From positions 1 to 54,151 of IMG/VR virus record IMGVR_UViG_3300044960_000107: 54,151 nt of DNA; one strand, 5' to 3'. This DNA comes from a virus. Its lineage: Duplodnaviria; Caudoviricetes. The translations under genes and the position numbers were made by a program. Of this stretch, positions 1-9,154 are shown in pieces. The notes under the pieces are model-generated. The model did not search any database, had not been told where the DNA came from, and worked only from the letters and a program-made list of their open reading frames with translations. Numbering within the stretch: the stretch's first letter is position 1; every line of letters begins with the position of its first letter.

Positions 1-307
1 AGAAGCGCAGGACTCCGTCTTCGCGGCGGATGCTCTCTGCGCAGGCGACGATCGTGTCAAGGCGCTGCCGGCGCGTGGTGAGGTCCATCGGGAGCGTCTG
101 GCCGTTGACGACTGGAAAACGAGCGGTGTCATAGCTGGGGTGGACGAGAGAGCGGTCCTGCATCGGGGCGGGCTCGGAGGCGGTGCGCAACGGTGGTCCG
201 CCGAGCCCGGTGATGTCAAGCAGGCGCAGGCCCATCGTCGCGCCGTCGGGCTCGAAGGTGAGCGTGCCACGCGGGGTGTCCAGCTCGTACTTGATCCCGA
301 CTTCCAT
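1..307 (-). CDS. distal tail (Dit-like) protein, 5' part, truncated by window start
   Basis: ATG at 307, open frame MEVGIKYELDTPRGTLTF...DITGLGGPPLRTASEPAP...EDGVLRF to position 1; directly after the tape measure gene; not in ORF track. Confidence 0.7.
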   Translation of the reverse strand, partial: MEVGIKYELDTPRGTLTFEPDGATMGLRLLDITGLGGPPLRTASEPAPMQDRSLVHPSYDTARFPVVNGQTLPMDLTTRRQRLDTIVACAESIRREDGVLRF

Positions 308-316
308 CGCTCTGCT

Positions 317-3300
317 TTATCGCGCGAACTCGGCGGCGGCGCGCGCCCGCTGAAGCCAGTGAAAATGGTCGTCGGGCGGCCGGCTGAAGTTCTGGATGAT
401 CGTCACCGGCGGTCGCCCGAACTGGTGAGGCAGGTTGGCGGTGCCACCCTGGGCGCGTCGTAGGGCGAGGAGCTCCTGGATGATCTCCTCGCGGGTGCGC
501 TTTCGCGTCGCGGGACCCGCGGAGCCGGTCGTGCCGCCCTGCGCGGCGACGACCATCTGGGCGGGAAGTTCGTCGAGGAGGCTCGAGCCGAGGATGTGTC
601 CGGTGTCGCCGAGGATCGACTCGTCGAACAGGTTGCCGAGGACGCCGGTAAGCAGTCCCTTCTTGTAGTCCTTGAGCGCCTGGAGTCGCTGGCGGGCGTC
701 CTCGAGCGCCTGAGCTGCGTCTTGGGCTGTCGATCCGGCGTCGCCCCCGCCGAAGTCCCCGCCGCCGCCGTCGCTGAAGCTCTCGCCTCCACCGTCACCG
801 GGCGAGCTCGACTCGACGGTGGTGCCGCGGACCTCGGCGAGCTCGCTGCGCAGCTCGTCGGCGTCGGAGAGATGTCCCTTGATGTCCTCGGCGAGCTGCC
901 TGCGCGTTTCGCGCGCCTCGGGGATGTCCTCCTTGACGTCCTTCAGGTGCTTGCGTGCGTCGTCGATCTTCTTCTGGAGCGCCGCGCGGACCTCGGGGTC
1001 GACGGCCTTCTTCAGGTTCGACTCCCAGTCTTCGATCTTGCGCTGATACATGCCACGGAGCTCAACGAGGAGCTCGACCATCTGTCGGATCATGGCCTGG
1101 AGATCGCGGATCATCTGGACGATCTTGTCCTTGCGGCGGATGAGGTCCTCGAGCTCGCTGGCCCGCTGGTCAATCGCAGCCTGGTCGATGGTCTCCCCGC
1201 CCTCCTCGCTGAAGACGGTGAACTCCTCGACGCTGCTGTCGTAGCGGGTGACGGCGTCGTCGTATGCCTTCGCCTCACGCTCGATCGCCTTGTGCTTGGC
1301 GTCAATCTTGCGCTGGAGCCTGGCGACGTCCTTCGCCTTGGCCTTCAGGCCCTTCTTCGGCGGCTTGCCGGCCTTGGGGGCGGACTGGGAGGTCGGGAAC
1401 CTGCGCACGATGCCGCCGCGGGCGTAGCGGCCGATGATGCCGCCCCGCTGATAGCCGCGCGGGTGGGTCATCGAGTAGCCGGAGAACGTACGCGGCGTCC
1501 AGCCGATGCCATAGGTGCCGGACGACTCGAAGCGCTGCCCGTTCCAGAATCCCATGCCGACATGGCCTTCAGCGCCATAGCCCCCGGTCGCGTAGACCGT
1601 GATCCACTTGCCGCGCCCGGGCACGAGGCCGGAGCCGCCACCTGGCTTGAAGTGCCAGGAGCCGAACGCCGGGCCGTAGCGGATGAAGCCACCGGCCATG
1701 AGGACGCGGCTGACCATTGCCGAGCAGTCGCCGGGATAGGAGGGGGGCGTCACTCCATGGCCTGCGCCTACTCCCGGGTAGGGTCCATTTAGTCGGGCCA
1801 GGCGGGCGGCCTCAGCATAGGCGGCGGCGACCGATCGAGGTACGCCGCCGAGATCGCTGGGTGGGCTTTCAAGCGATCCGCGACCTCCGGGCTCGGGTTC
1901 GGGAACCTGTCTCCACGGCCAGCGATGTCTTGGCACCTTGTCGCCGACGAGGCCGAGCAGTTTGGCGGCAAGCGGGTGCTTCTCGACGAACTGCTCGCGA
2001 AAGACCTCGGGGCGCTTGCGGTTGCGCTTCGCCCATTCACGCATGAACTTGACGCCCTCGCCAGGACCCCACCAGTCTCCCCAATAGGGGAACTGGAGCG
2101 GTCGCCCCTTCATCTTGTCGCCGGTCGGGCCGACATGGGGAAGTCCGTCGGTGGAAGGAGTCTTGCGCCCGTCGACCTTGTGCTTCTGCCCGCCCGGGAT
2201 GTAGGCCCAGAAGGTGTCCTCGTCGACCGGGCTGAAGAAGCGATTGCGTGCGCCCTGCCAGAAGGTTCCGTAGCGAGTCTTCGGCTTTGCTGCGGCGTTG
2301 CTTGGAGCACTGGGCGAGCCCGGCTGTGAGGCGTTCCCGCCAGGGCCGGGGGACGGGGTCACGCCGATGGCGATTCCTCCGACCTGCCCCCCGGTCTGGA
2401 AGCCAGGGATACCGAGGGAGGCCCAGAAGTCGCGGCCCATTGCTGCCACCGTGTCTGCGGGCACGACCACCTCGCCAGGGGCGGCCATGATGAGGACGCC
2501 GTCTCTGCCCCAGGTCGTGCCGGGCAGCATCGGGATGATCCCGCCTTCCTGGCGGGCGGGGAGGGTGTTGGTCGGCCCGAAGACGAGGTTGCCACGCTGC
2601 TCGAGCAGGACCTCGATGGTCGCCGTGACGCGCTTGCCGTCAGCAGTGTTGAGGTAGTTGATGATGGTCTCGAGATCGCTCTTGGCGTTCTTGGCGCCGT
2701 GGAGTAGGACCTTGGTCTCGGTCTTGTTGGGCACACGGCCCGTCTTCTCGATGAACTCGGCGATGGCGAGCGCGGCGCGGCCGGCCTGCGTCTTGGTGCC
2801 CCCGTACTTCTCTGCCATCTCGCGCAGGTCGCTGACCCGCTCGCGCAGGATGGGCCCGATCCGCTCGTTCGCGAGCCTGGTCTTGTCCTGTTCGCTCGCG
2901 AAGCGGCCTGCGGCGTTTGCGGCCTCACGAGCAGCGGCGGTCTCCTCGCGGGTGCCCTGGAGGAGCTCCTCGATCGCCCGGTTGGCATTGAGCGTCATCC
3001 GGGCCTGCTCGTCGCGCTCGCTCTTGAGGTTCTTCTCTGCGTCGGTCTCGGCGGCGATCGCCTCGCGGAGTCGCTGCTTCGCCTCGCGCAGCGCGAGCTC
3101 GGCCTCCTTGTATTCGAGGCTGTCTCTGCCGGCGTCCTTGCGGACCTGCTTGAGGTTCTGCTCTGCGCGCTCGACGTCGAGCGTGGCGCGCTCGACCGAG
3201 AGCTGTGCGCCGGAGAGCGTGAGGCTCGCGTCAGCGATCTGACGAAGGTTCGGCGCCAGGTCTTTTGCGATCTCGTTGAGGTCTTCGAGGGCCTTCTCGG

Positions 3301-4648
3301 CGCGACTCGGGCCGGAATCGATGAGCTTGGTGATCGCGAATGCGAGCCCGCCGACGCCGGCGGCTGCGGCCAGTCCCCACGGGCCTAGGGCGATGCCCGC
3401 GATCCTGCTGAGACCACCGACGATGCCGCCGATCTTGCCGCCCTTGCTGGTGAGCTCGGCGAGCTTGCCTGCGAGACCGCCGACGCCTGCTGCGGCCTGG
3501 CCGGTGCCGATCGTGGTGAGCGCACCACTGAGCCTGCCGAGCAGGCCGAGAACGCTGGAGATGCCGGTGATCTTGGCGGCGAAGTTGAGCACCTTCATGC
3601 CAGCGGCGGCGGTGGCGACACCGCCGATCGCGATGGCGAGCGCCTTCGCTGCGCCCTCGTGCTCCTTGAAGAAGCCGATCGCTCGCCGGACGACGTCGAC
3701 CACGCCGCCAAAGACGGTCTTCACGCCTTCCACTGCGCCCTTCAGGATCGAGTGGGCCCTCTCCGATTCGGTGAGGGCGGTGACCCAGTCGGTGACCTTG
3801 TTGACGACCTTGGTGACGATGGGTAGGAGCCCCTGTCCGACCTTCTCCATGAGATTCTCGACGGCGACGCCGAGGCGCTCCTGCGCGCCGGCCGCGGTCT
3901 TGCCGTACTCCTCAGCCTGCCCGGCGACGGCGCGCTGGAGGGCGACAAGGTTCTCCTGGCGCTGTCCGAGCTGGTCGAGCTGCTGGGCGCGCTTCTTCTC
4001 GGCCTCCAGCGCCTTGAGCTGGGCCTCGAGCTGGGTCTTCTCTGCTCCCTCCGCGTCCTTCAGCGCATCCTTGACGCGGTCGATCTTGGCCTTGAGCTTG
4101 TCCTGGTTGACCGTGTACTTCTCGGTGACGATGCCGAGCCGGCTCAGCGACTTCTCGCTGCCGTTGTAGGCGCGGATGATGAGCTTCGAGGCAGCCTCAA
4201 GAGAGATGTTCTTGGCGCGCGCGAGGTCGGCCGCTGTTGCGTTGAGCTTCAGGGCCTCGTTGACGTTGCCGGTGGTGCGAACGAGGTTGGTAAACGACTC
4301 AGCGAGGTCCTCGTCGTCGAATGCGGAGAGCTTCGACTGCTTCTGGATGACCTCGTCGATTCGCTTGCCGTACTCCTTGTAGGAGAGCCCGAGCGCCTTG
4401 AGCTGGGCCTCGAGCTTCTTCTGGGACTTCTCGGCATCAACAGCGGCGTCGATCGACTTCTTCAGGCCAACGGCGAGCAGGCCGGCGCCGGCGGCTGCCG
4501 CTGCGGCGCCGACCTTGAGTGCGGTCGACATGGTCTTGCCGGTGCGGTCGAAGTCGCGACGTGCCTCGGCAAGGCCCCGCTTCAGGTCGGAGGTGTCCGC
4601 CCTGAGCAGGACCTTGCCGGCCGCGACTACGTTGCCGCCGAGAGCCAT
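317..4648 (-). CDS. tape measure protein with C-terminal-half NlpC/P60-like peptidase segment
   Basis: 1443 aa, Ala/Gly-rich and coiled-coil; follows tail chaperones; GG motifs (RQEGGII, FQTGGQV, YARGGIV); GDCSAMVS...GHVGM motif. Confidence 0.92.
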   Translation of the reverse strand: MALGGNVVAAGKVLLRADTSDLKRGLAEARRDFDRTGKTMSTALKVGAAAAAAGAGLLAVGLKKSIDAAVDAEKSQKKLEAQLKALGLSYKEYGKRIDEVIQKQSKLSAFDDEDLAESFTNLVRTTGNVNEALKLNATAADLARAKNISLEAASKLIIRAYNGSEKSLSRLGIVTEKYTVNQDKLKAKIDRVKDALKDAEGAEKTQLEAQLKALEAEKKRAQQLDQLGQRQENLVALQRAVAGQAEEYGKTAAGAQERLGVAVENLMEKVGQGLLPIVTKVVNKVTDWVTALTESERAHSILKGAVEGVKTVFGGVVDVVRRAIGFFKEHEGAAKALAIAIGGVATAAAGMKVLNFAAKITGISSVLGLLGRLSGALTTIGTGQAAAGVGGLAGKLAELTSKGGKIGGIVGGLSRIAGIALGPWGLAAAAGVGGLAFAITKLIDSGPSRAEKALEDLNEIAKDLAPNLRQIADASLTLSGAQLSVERATLDVERAEQNLKQVRKDAGRDSLEYKEAELALREAKQRLREAIAAETDAEKNLKSERDEQARMTLNANRAIEELLQGTREETAAAREAANAAGRFASEQDKTRLANERIGPILRERVSDLREMAEKYGGTKTQAGRAALAIAEFIEKTGRVPNKTETKVLLHGAKNAKSDLETIINYLNTADGKRVTATIEVLLEQRGNLVFGPTNTLPARQEGGIIPMLPGTTWGRDGVLIMAAPGEVVVPADTVAAMGRDFWASLGIPGFQTGGQVGGIAIGVTPSPGPGGNASQPGSPSAPSNAAAKPKTRYGTFWQGARNRFFSPVDEDTFWAYIPGGQKHKVDGRKTPSTDGLPHVGPTGDKMKGRPLQFPYWGDWWGPGEGVKFMREWAKRNRKRPEVFREQFVEKHPLAAKLLGLVGDKVPRHRWPWRQVPEPEPGGRGSLESPPSDLGGVPRSVAAAYAEAARLARLNGPYPGVGAGHGVTPPSYPGDCSAMVSRVLMAGGFIRYGPAFGSWHFKPGGGSGLVPGRGKWITVYATGGYGAEGHVGMGFWNGQRFESSGTYGIGWTPRTFSGYSMTHPRGYQRGGIIGRYARGGIVRRFPTSQSAPKAGKPPKKGLKAKAKDVARLQRKIDAKHKAIEREAKAYDDAVTRYDSSVEEFTVFSEEGGETIDQAAIDQRASELEDLIRRKDKIVQMIRDLQAMIRQMVELLVELRGMYQRKIEDWESNLKKAVDPEVRAALQKKIDDARKHLKDVKEDIPEARETRRQLAEDIKGHLSDADELRSELAEVRGTTVESSSPGDGGGESFSDGGGGDFGGGDAGSTAQDAAQALEDARQRLQALKDYKKGLLTGVLGNLFDESILGDTGHILGSSLLDELPAQMVVAAQGGTTGSAGPATRKRTREEIIQELLALRRAQGGTANLPHQFGRPPVTIIQNFSRPPDDHFHWLQRARAAAEFAR

Positions 4649-4651
4649 CAG

Positions 4652-4898
4652 CTACATCCCTCGCTCGGCCTTCCACTCGGCGATGCGCCGTTGTCCTTCC
4701 TCGAGGGCTTCGAGTCGAGCCTGCTCTTGCTGTTGCTCTTGCTGTCGCTTCGCATGCCACGCGGCTGCGATCGCCTCGCAGACAAGCCACTGCTGGTCTG
4801 GGTCGGACGAAAGCTGGGGCCAGGGGAGGCCCCACTCGTAGACTGCGCGGCCGATACGAGCGACGAGCCGCTCATTCGCGACGACCTTCGCGAAAGGT
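4652..4898 (-). CDS. tail assembly chaperone, frameshifted C-terminal extension (GT-like)
   Basis: Overlaps the end of 4872..5576 in the +1 frame and ends just before the tape measure gene; no obvious own SD. Confidence 0.65.
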
Positions 4899-5576
4899 GG
4901 CGAGGGCCTCACGGCCGAAGACCGGCCTGCCCTTGCCGTCGGTGTTCACGGTGCCAAGTGCGAGCCCGACCGCCCAGTCGTAGTCCTCGGGCGGCAGGAA
5001 GGAGACCGGGTCAGGAGCGAGCTGCTCCTTCAGGGCCTCGATGTTCGGCTCGAGCGCGCCGGGCTCGTCTGCCTCGCGCGCGAGGTCGCGCAGGCGCTTG
5101 ATCTCGGCCTTGATCGGCTCGTTCTCCGGCGGGGCGGTGAGCCGGGGCTCAACGATGACGTTGCGAACGATCTCGTCGAAGTAGTCGCCCAGGTCTGCAT
5201 AGCGCGCGATCAGCACGCTGGGCGCCTGGCCTTCGTCCTCGGGGCGAACGACGCTCTCACCGAGCGCCTGCTTGATCGCTATTTCCTGGAGCGACGCGGG
5301 GAAGCTGCCGGAGAAAGCGTGACGCTGAAGGTTCAGGCTTCGGACGCGGTAGACGAAGCCCGACGGGCCTGGGCAGATTCGCTCCGACGTCTGCCGAAGC
5401 TCCTCGAGAGAGACAGGGGTTGCAGGCTCGTCGTCGAGCGGCTCCGGCTCGGCCGCAGGCGGCTGCGCCGGAGGCTCAGGCGTTTCTCCCGCTGGCGCAG
5501 GCGCAGGCGTCACGGCGGCAGACGCCTCGAGGGCCTCGGTCTCCTGGGTGATGGTCTCGCTCTGGGTTGCTTCCAT
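4872..5576 (-). CDS. tail assembly chaperone (G-like)
   Basis: 234 aa acidic; GGAGG SD; position upstream of tape measure gene. Confidence 0.7.
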   Translation of the reverse strand: MEATQSETITQETEALEASAAVTPAPAPAGETPEPPAQPPAAEPEPLDDEPATPVSLEELRQTSERICPGPSGFVYRVRSLNLQRHAFSGSFPASLQEIAIKQALGESVVRPEDEGQAPSVLIARYADLGDYFDEIVRNVIVEPRLTAPPENEPIKAEIKRLRDLAREADEPGALEPNIEALKEQLAPDPVSFLPPEDYDWAVGLALGTVNTDGKGRPVFGREALATFREGRRE

Positions 5577-5724
5577 CGCTCGTGTCCTCCTGGGTGTCGA
5601 GCTGGTTCTCGATGGCGTCCTGGAGTTGCGCGAGCAGACGGTTCGCCTCCTCGAGGTCGCGCTTCGCGCGTTTCACCCTCGACTGGGCGAGGCCGGCTAG
5701 CCCTCGGAGCTCCGCGGTGCCCAT
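5476..5724 (-). CDS. small coiled-coil hypothetical protein
   Basis: MGTAELRGLAGLAQSRVKRAKRDLEEANRLL...; overlaps next gene by ~100 nt. Confidence 0.4.
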   Translation of the reverse strand: MGTAELRGLAGLAQSRVKRAKRDLEEANRLLAQLQDAIENQLDTQEDTSDGSNPERDHHPGDRGPRGVCRRDACACASGRNA

Positions 5725-5747
5725 CCCTTGGCGGGCTAATCGGCGTC

Positions 5748-6044
5748 TCAGAGGACCTTCGGGCGACGGACGTAGAAGGACCGCTCGGCGGCGGCCTGAG
5801 CAACGCCAGTGCTCAGGCCGCCGTACCACCAGCGGCCAGGCTGGTCGGCGGTGAGCGTGTAGCGAAAGAGCCCGGCCGAGACTCTTACGAGATCGTTGGT
5901 GTCGAGGTCGATGATTGAGCCGTCTGGCTTCCTGATCTTCCCGGCTCTGGTGGTCGGGTCTGTGGCGATGCCGTCGACCGTCCAGAGGAAGTCGAGCTCG
6001 ATGGCGTCGCCAACGTCATAGGTGTTCTCAGCGGGCGTTGTCAT
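5748..6044 (-). CDS. small beta-rich virion accessory protein
   Basis: MTTPAENTYDVGDAIELDF...; in structural operon after fibre-like gene. Confidence 0.6.
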   Translation of the reverse strand: MTTPAENTYDVGDAIELDFLWTVDGIATDPTTRAGKIRKPDGSIIDLDTNDLVRVSAGLFRYTLTADQPGRWWYGGLSTGVAQAAAERSFYVRRPKVL

Positions 6045-6058
6045 CCTGAGCACCTATG
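6017..6058. repeat. 42-bp dyad site, copy 1
   Basis: CATAGGTGTTC-N20-GAGCACCTATG. Confidence 0.85.
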
Positions 6059-6096
6059 CCGGAGACATCGCAGTTCTCGCGTCCCATCGCGCTCGT

Positions 6097-8754
6097 CTAT
6101 CGGTCGGCGAGCTCGAGCTGGGAGCGGGCCGTATCGCCGAGCCCGAGGTCGGCCGACTGCGCGAGGTGATCATTGAGGAGCAGATCGAACGCAGCGCGAT
6201 CGGCGAGGGCGAGCGCCGCTACGGTTCGGTCGGCTAGGGCGAGTTCGGCGATGGCGCGGTCTGCGAGCACGAGCAGTCCGCGGATCACCTCCTGAGCGAA
6301 GGTGGCGCTGAGCGAGCCGGTGGCGCTGAGTGCGGCCGCAATCTCAACGAGTCGTTCGATGTTCGCGAGCAGGTCGCCAGCACTTGCCAGCGTGGCCTGC
6401 GCGAGAGCATGGTGGGCCAGGGCTGCCTGGAGCTGTCCATTGCCTGCCAGTGCTGCTCGAACGATCGCGGTTCGCTGAGCAGCGGCAGTGAGCGAGCTGT
6501 CCCCTGGCATGCTGGCTGCGGCGAGGATGATCGGTACCGCTTGGGCCTGGAGATCGCCCTGTCCTGCGATGATGGCATTGATGATGCGCTCTGGGAGCGC
6601 GGCAGCGCCCAGCGTGCCTGCTCCGGCGAGAACGGCGCTGGCGCGTCCATCGTGGCGGGCGCTCGCGGACATGGCCCCGGCCCCAGAGATGGTTACGGCG
6701 ATGATGACTTCGTTGGTCGCGTCAGCAGCCAGGGCGCCGAGCCCGCTCAGCGTCGCCGCGATCTGGTTCTCCCCGCCGAAGGTGACTAGGGCGGCCCCAA
6801 AGCCAGTGAGTGAGACTGCGGCTCGAACTTCGGAACGAAGGAGCGCGATCAGGCTGCCTGCGGCGGCGAGGGTGGCCTGCGCGAGCCTGGTTCGCTGCGC
6901 TGCTGCGCTCAGTTCGCCCCCTCCCGCGAGCGTTGCGGCTGCGATTGCAGAATGATCGGCTTGCGAGAGCAGGGCGCCTACGCCCACTAGGGCGGCCGAG
7001 GTGATGCGCTCGAGGTCTGCGTCGCCCTGAGCCTGGCCGAGCCCCTGGAGAGCTGAGGCGGCGAAAGCTTCATGATCGGCCTGCGCAGCGAAGACTCCGC
7101 TCGCCGCGAGGGCGGCAGCGGCAAGCCGCTCTCTGAGGGCGACGGCGCTGAGCGCCCCCGATGCAGCAAGGACTGAGGTGACGAATGCGTCATGGTCGAG
7201 CTGGGCGGTCAGGTTGCCGGTGCCGGGGAGGTTCGCAGTGGCGAGTCGTTCTCGGATCGAGCTCGCGGTAAGCGAGCCGGAGCCCGAGAGCGCGGAGGAG
7301 ATGAGGTGAAGGCGGTAGGCGGTGGCGGTCAGGTCGCCTGCTCCGGTGAGTGCCGAGATGGCGAATGCCTCATGATCGAGCTGTCCGGTGAGCCCGCCGG
7401 CTCCGGCGAGAGCGATCTGGGCGAAGGCGTCGTGGTCGACCTGCCCGGAAAGCGACCCGAGGCCAGCGAGTGCGGCGGCGGCGGTGTGCTCGGTTGCCCC
7501 TCCGGAGACGGCGACGGTGATCGCTGCCCAGACGCTCGGCGAGTAGGAGCTCCAGGCAGCGGGGTCTTCGGAGGCAGCAGTCGCGTAGCGTTCGGCGGCA
7601 AGGATCGTTGACGAGCTCGCCGACGCAAACCGCTTGCCTGAGTAGCCGGCTGGCGGGATCGAGGGCCCCGCTCCTGAGTCGTTGGCGCCGGTAACGGAGA
7701 GCCAGACACGATCCGCGGACGTACCCGGGTTGGCGTTGTCAGAGTTCGGCGCGCCGGTCCCGGTGGCGATCGACGACACGGTGGGAGCGCCGCTCGCGCC
7801 GCGTATGAGGTAGCAGATAGCGGCGAACTGGTTGGTTCCGCCTTCAGTGATGTCGACCGTTGATCCCTCGGAACCGTCGAGGTAGCGGTAGAAGACGCCA
7901 AGCGCTGCGCCCGAGGTACCGCCATCGGCGATCTCTGTCCAGCCTGACGGCGGCGATTTGCTCCCGCCGGCGCCGTTGGTGGTGCAGACGATCAGCGCGA
8001 GGTCGCCGGCCTGTCGACCGGAAGGGAGTGTGACGGTGTACGGGCTCGAGGTGTCCGTGCTGGTTGTTCGCTCGATCACGTCCGGGAAGTCCCCAACCTC
8101 GGCCGAGTTGAACGCGATGACAAGGTGTGCCCGGGTCGCGGAAGTTGCCGCGGTGAACGTCGTATTGCCGACGTCCCCTGACCCGTTGAACGTGCCGGTG
8201 GCGATGCCGATGGCACCGCCGTTACCGCCGGTTGTGGTCGAGTCGAGTCGCTCGGTCAGGCTGTTGAGGTTGCTGTTCGCCCAGCTCCCGAACTCCGTGG
8301 TCGTCGCCGCGTCGGGCAGCGAGCCGGCGGTCGCGATGACGACGAGGGTCTCGGTGACCGGGACATCGGGCCCATCGGCGTCTCCCGAGGTCGTGGCGGC
8401 CTGCGTCGAGCTCTGGAAGGCTGCGAACGGGACGCCTTCGGAGACGCAGCCGCGGATCAGCAGGATGCACGACTGCCGGTGGTTGACGGTGCCCGAGAGC
8501 GTTGGTCCGGTGTGTGAGGTGCCGGTCGCGCGTGCCCAGTACGCCTGGATGCTGGTACCGTCGGCGCCGCCCGCAGTGCCGGTGCCGACGAGGCGAATCT
8601 CGTTCCAGGTGAGGTCTCCTCCTGAGACGCGCGTGTCCTGGTTCGCGCTCTCGATCAGGAGCAGGAAGATGTCGCCAGCCTGGTAGCCGGACGGCAGCGC
8701 AGGCGTCGCGCCTGTGCTCGCGGAGCCTCTGGTGACATAGGTCGGGGCGGCCAC
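6097..8754 (-). CDS. fibre/decoration-like virion protein with tandem domains and ~20-aa repeats
   Basis: 885 aa; two related N-terminal domains (LPSGYQAGD / LPSGRQAGD); ~20 AxLxGxGxL repeats; C-terminal LADR repeats. Confidence 0.7.
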   Translation of the reverse strand: MAAPTYVTRGSASTGATPALPSGYQAGDIFLLLIESANQDTRVSGGDLTWNEIRLVGTGTAGGADGTSIQAYWARATGTSHTGPTLSGTVNHRQSCILLIRGCVSEGVPFAAFQSSTQAATTSGDADGPDVPVTETLVVIATAGSLPDAATTTEFGSWANSNLNSLTERLDSTTTGGNGGAIGIATGTFNGSGDVGNTTFTAATSATRAHLVIAFNSAEVGDFPDVIERTTSTDTSSPYTVTLPSGRQAGDLALIVCTTNGAGGSKSPPSGWTEIADGGTSGAALGVFYRYLDGSEGSTVDITEGGTNQFAAICYLIRGASGAPTVSSIATGTGAPNSDNANPGTSADRVWLSVTGANDSGAGPSIPPAGYSGKRFASASSSTILAAERYATAASEDPAAWSSYSPSVWAAITVAVSGGATEHTAAAALAGLGSLSGQVDHDAFAQIALAGAGGLTGQLDHEAFAISALTGAGDLTATAYRLHLISSALSGSGSLTASSIRERLATANLPGTGNLTAQLDHDAFVTSVLAASGALSAVALRERLAAAALAASGVFAAQADHEAFAASALQGLGQAQGDADLERITSAALVGVGALLSQADHSAIAAATLAGGGELSAAAQRTRLAQATLAAAGSLIALLRSEVRAAVSLTGFGAALVTFGGENQIAATLSGLGALAADATNEVIIAVTISGAGAMSASARHDGRASAVLAGAGTLGAAALPERIINAIIAGQGDLQAQAVPIILAAASMPGDSSLTAAAQRTAIVRAALAGNGQLQAALAHHALAQATLASAGDLLANIERLVEIAAALSATGSLSATFAQEVIRGLLVLADRAIAELALADRTVAALALADRAAFDLLLNDHLAQSADLGLGDTARSQLELADR

Positions 8755-8767
8755 GCCCCCTGCCTAC

Positions 8768-9142
8768 CTAGTCGAGCGTGACGTCGAGGTCGCCGGTCGG
8801 GATCGTGAGGTTGTCTCCGGCGTTGACCGCCTTGCTCGCGGTCAGGGGACCTGCCCAGAGGCAGTTGCCGCCGGTGCTCGCGTCCCAGAGAGAGATGTGC
8901 GTGATCGTCTCGGAGGCGGCCAGGTTCGTCCACTGGATCGGCGCGTCATTCGAGATCGCGCCGCCGGACGCGGTGCCGAACGTCGCAGCGGCCCGAGTCG
9001 TCTCGGATGCCGGATTCGCCGTGCCAGCCTCGCCGGGGTCGCCGACGTGCAGCTTGACGTAGACGGTCGACTGTCCGCCGTAGGCGGTGCCGTTGAAGAC
9101 AAGGTTGAGGAGGGTGTCCTCGAGGAAGTTGCTGATCGACAC
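8768..9142 (-). CDS. small structural protein often paired with phage fibre genes
   Basis: SNFLEDTLLNLVF...YVKLHVGDPGEAGT...ITHISLWDASTGGN. Confidence 0.7.
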   Translation of the reverse strand: MSISNFLEDTLLNLVFNGTAYGGQSTVYVKLHVGDPGEAGTANPASETTRAAATFGTASGGAISNDAPIQWTNLAASETITHISLWDASTGGNCLWAGPLTASKAVNAGDNLTIPTGDLDVTLD

Positions 9143-9154
9143 GGCCCAGCCCGC

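Noticed and set aside
1510-1520. Isolated CATAGGYG half-sites (also 34709, 53422, 53681)
   Set aside because: No partner arm at the fixed distance; plausible by chance
6028-6087. 19-codon ORF after the CCGATAG at 6097 running into dyad 1
   Set aside because: Too short to support; inverting the dyad spacer does not fuse it to the downstream gene
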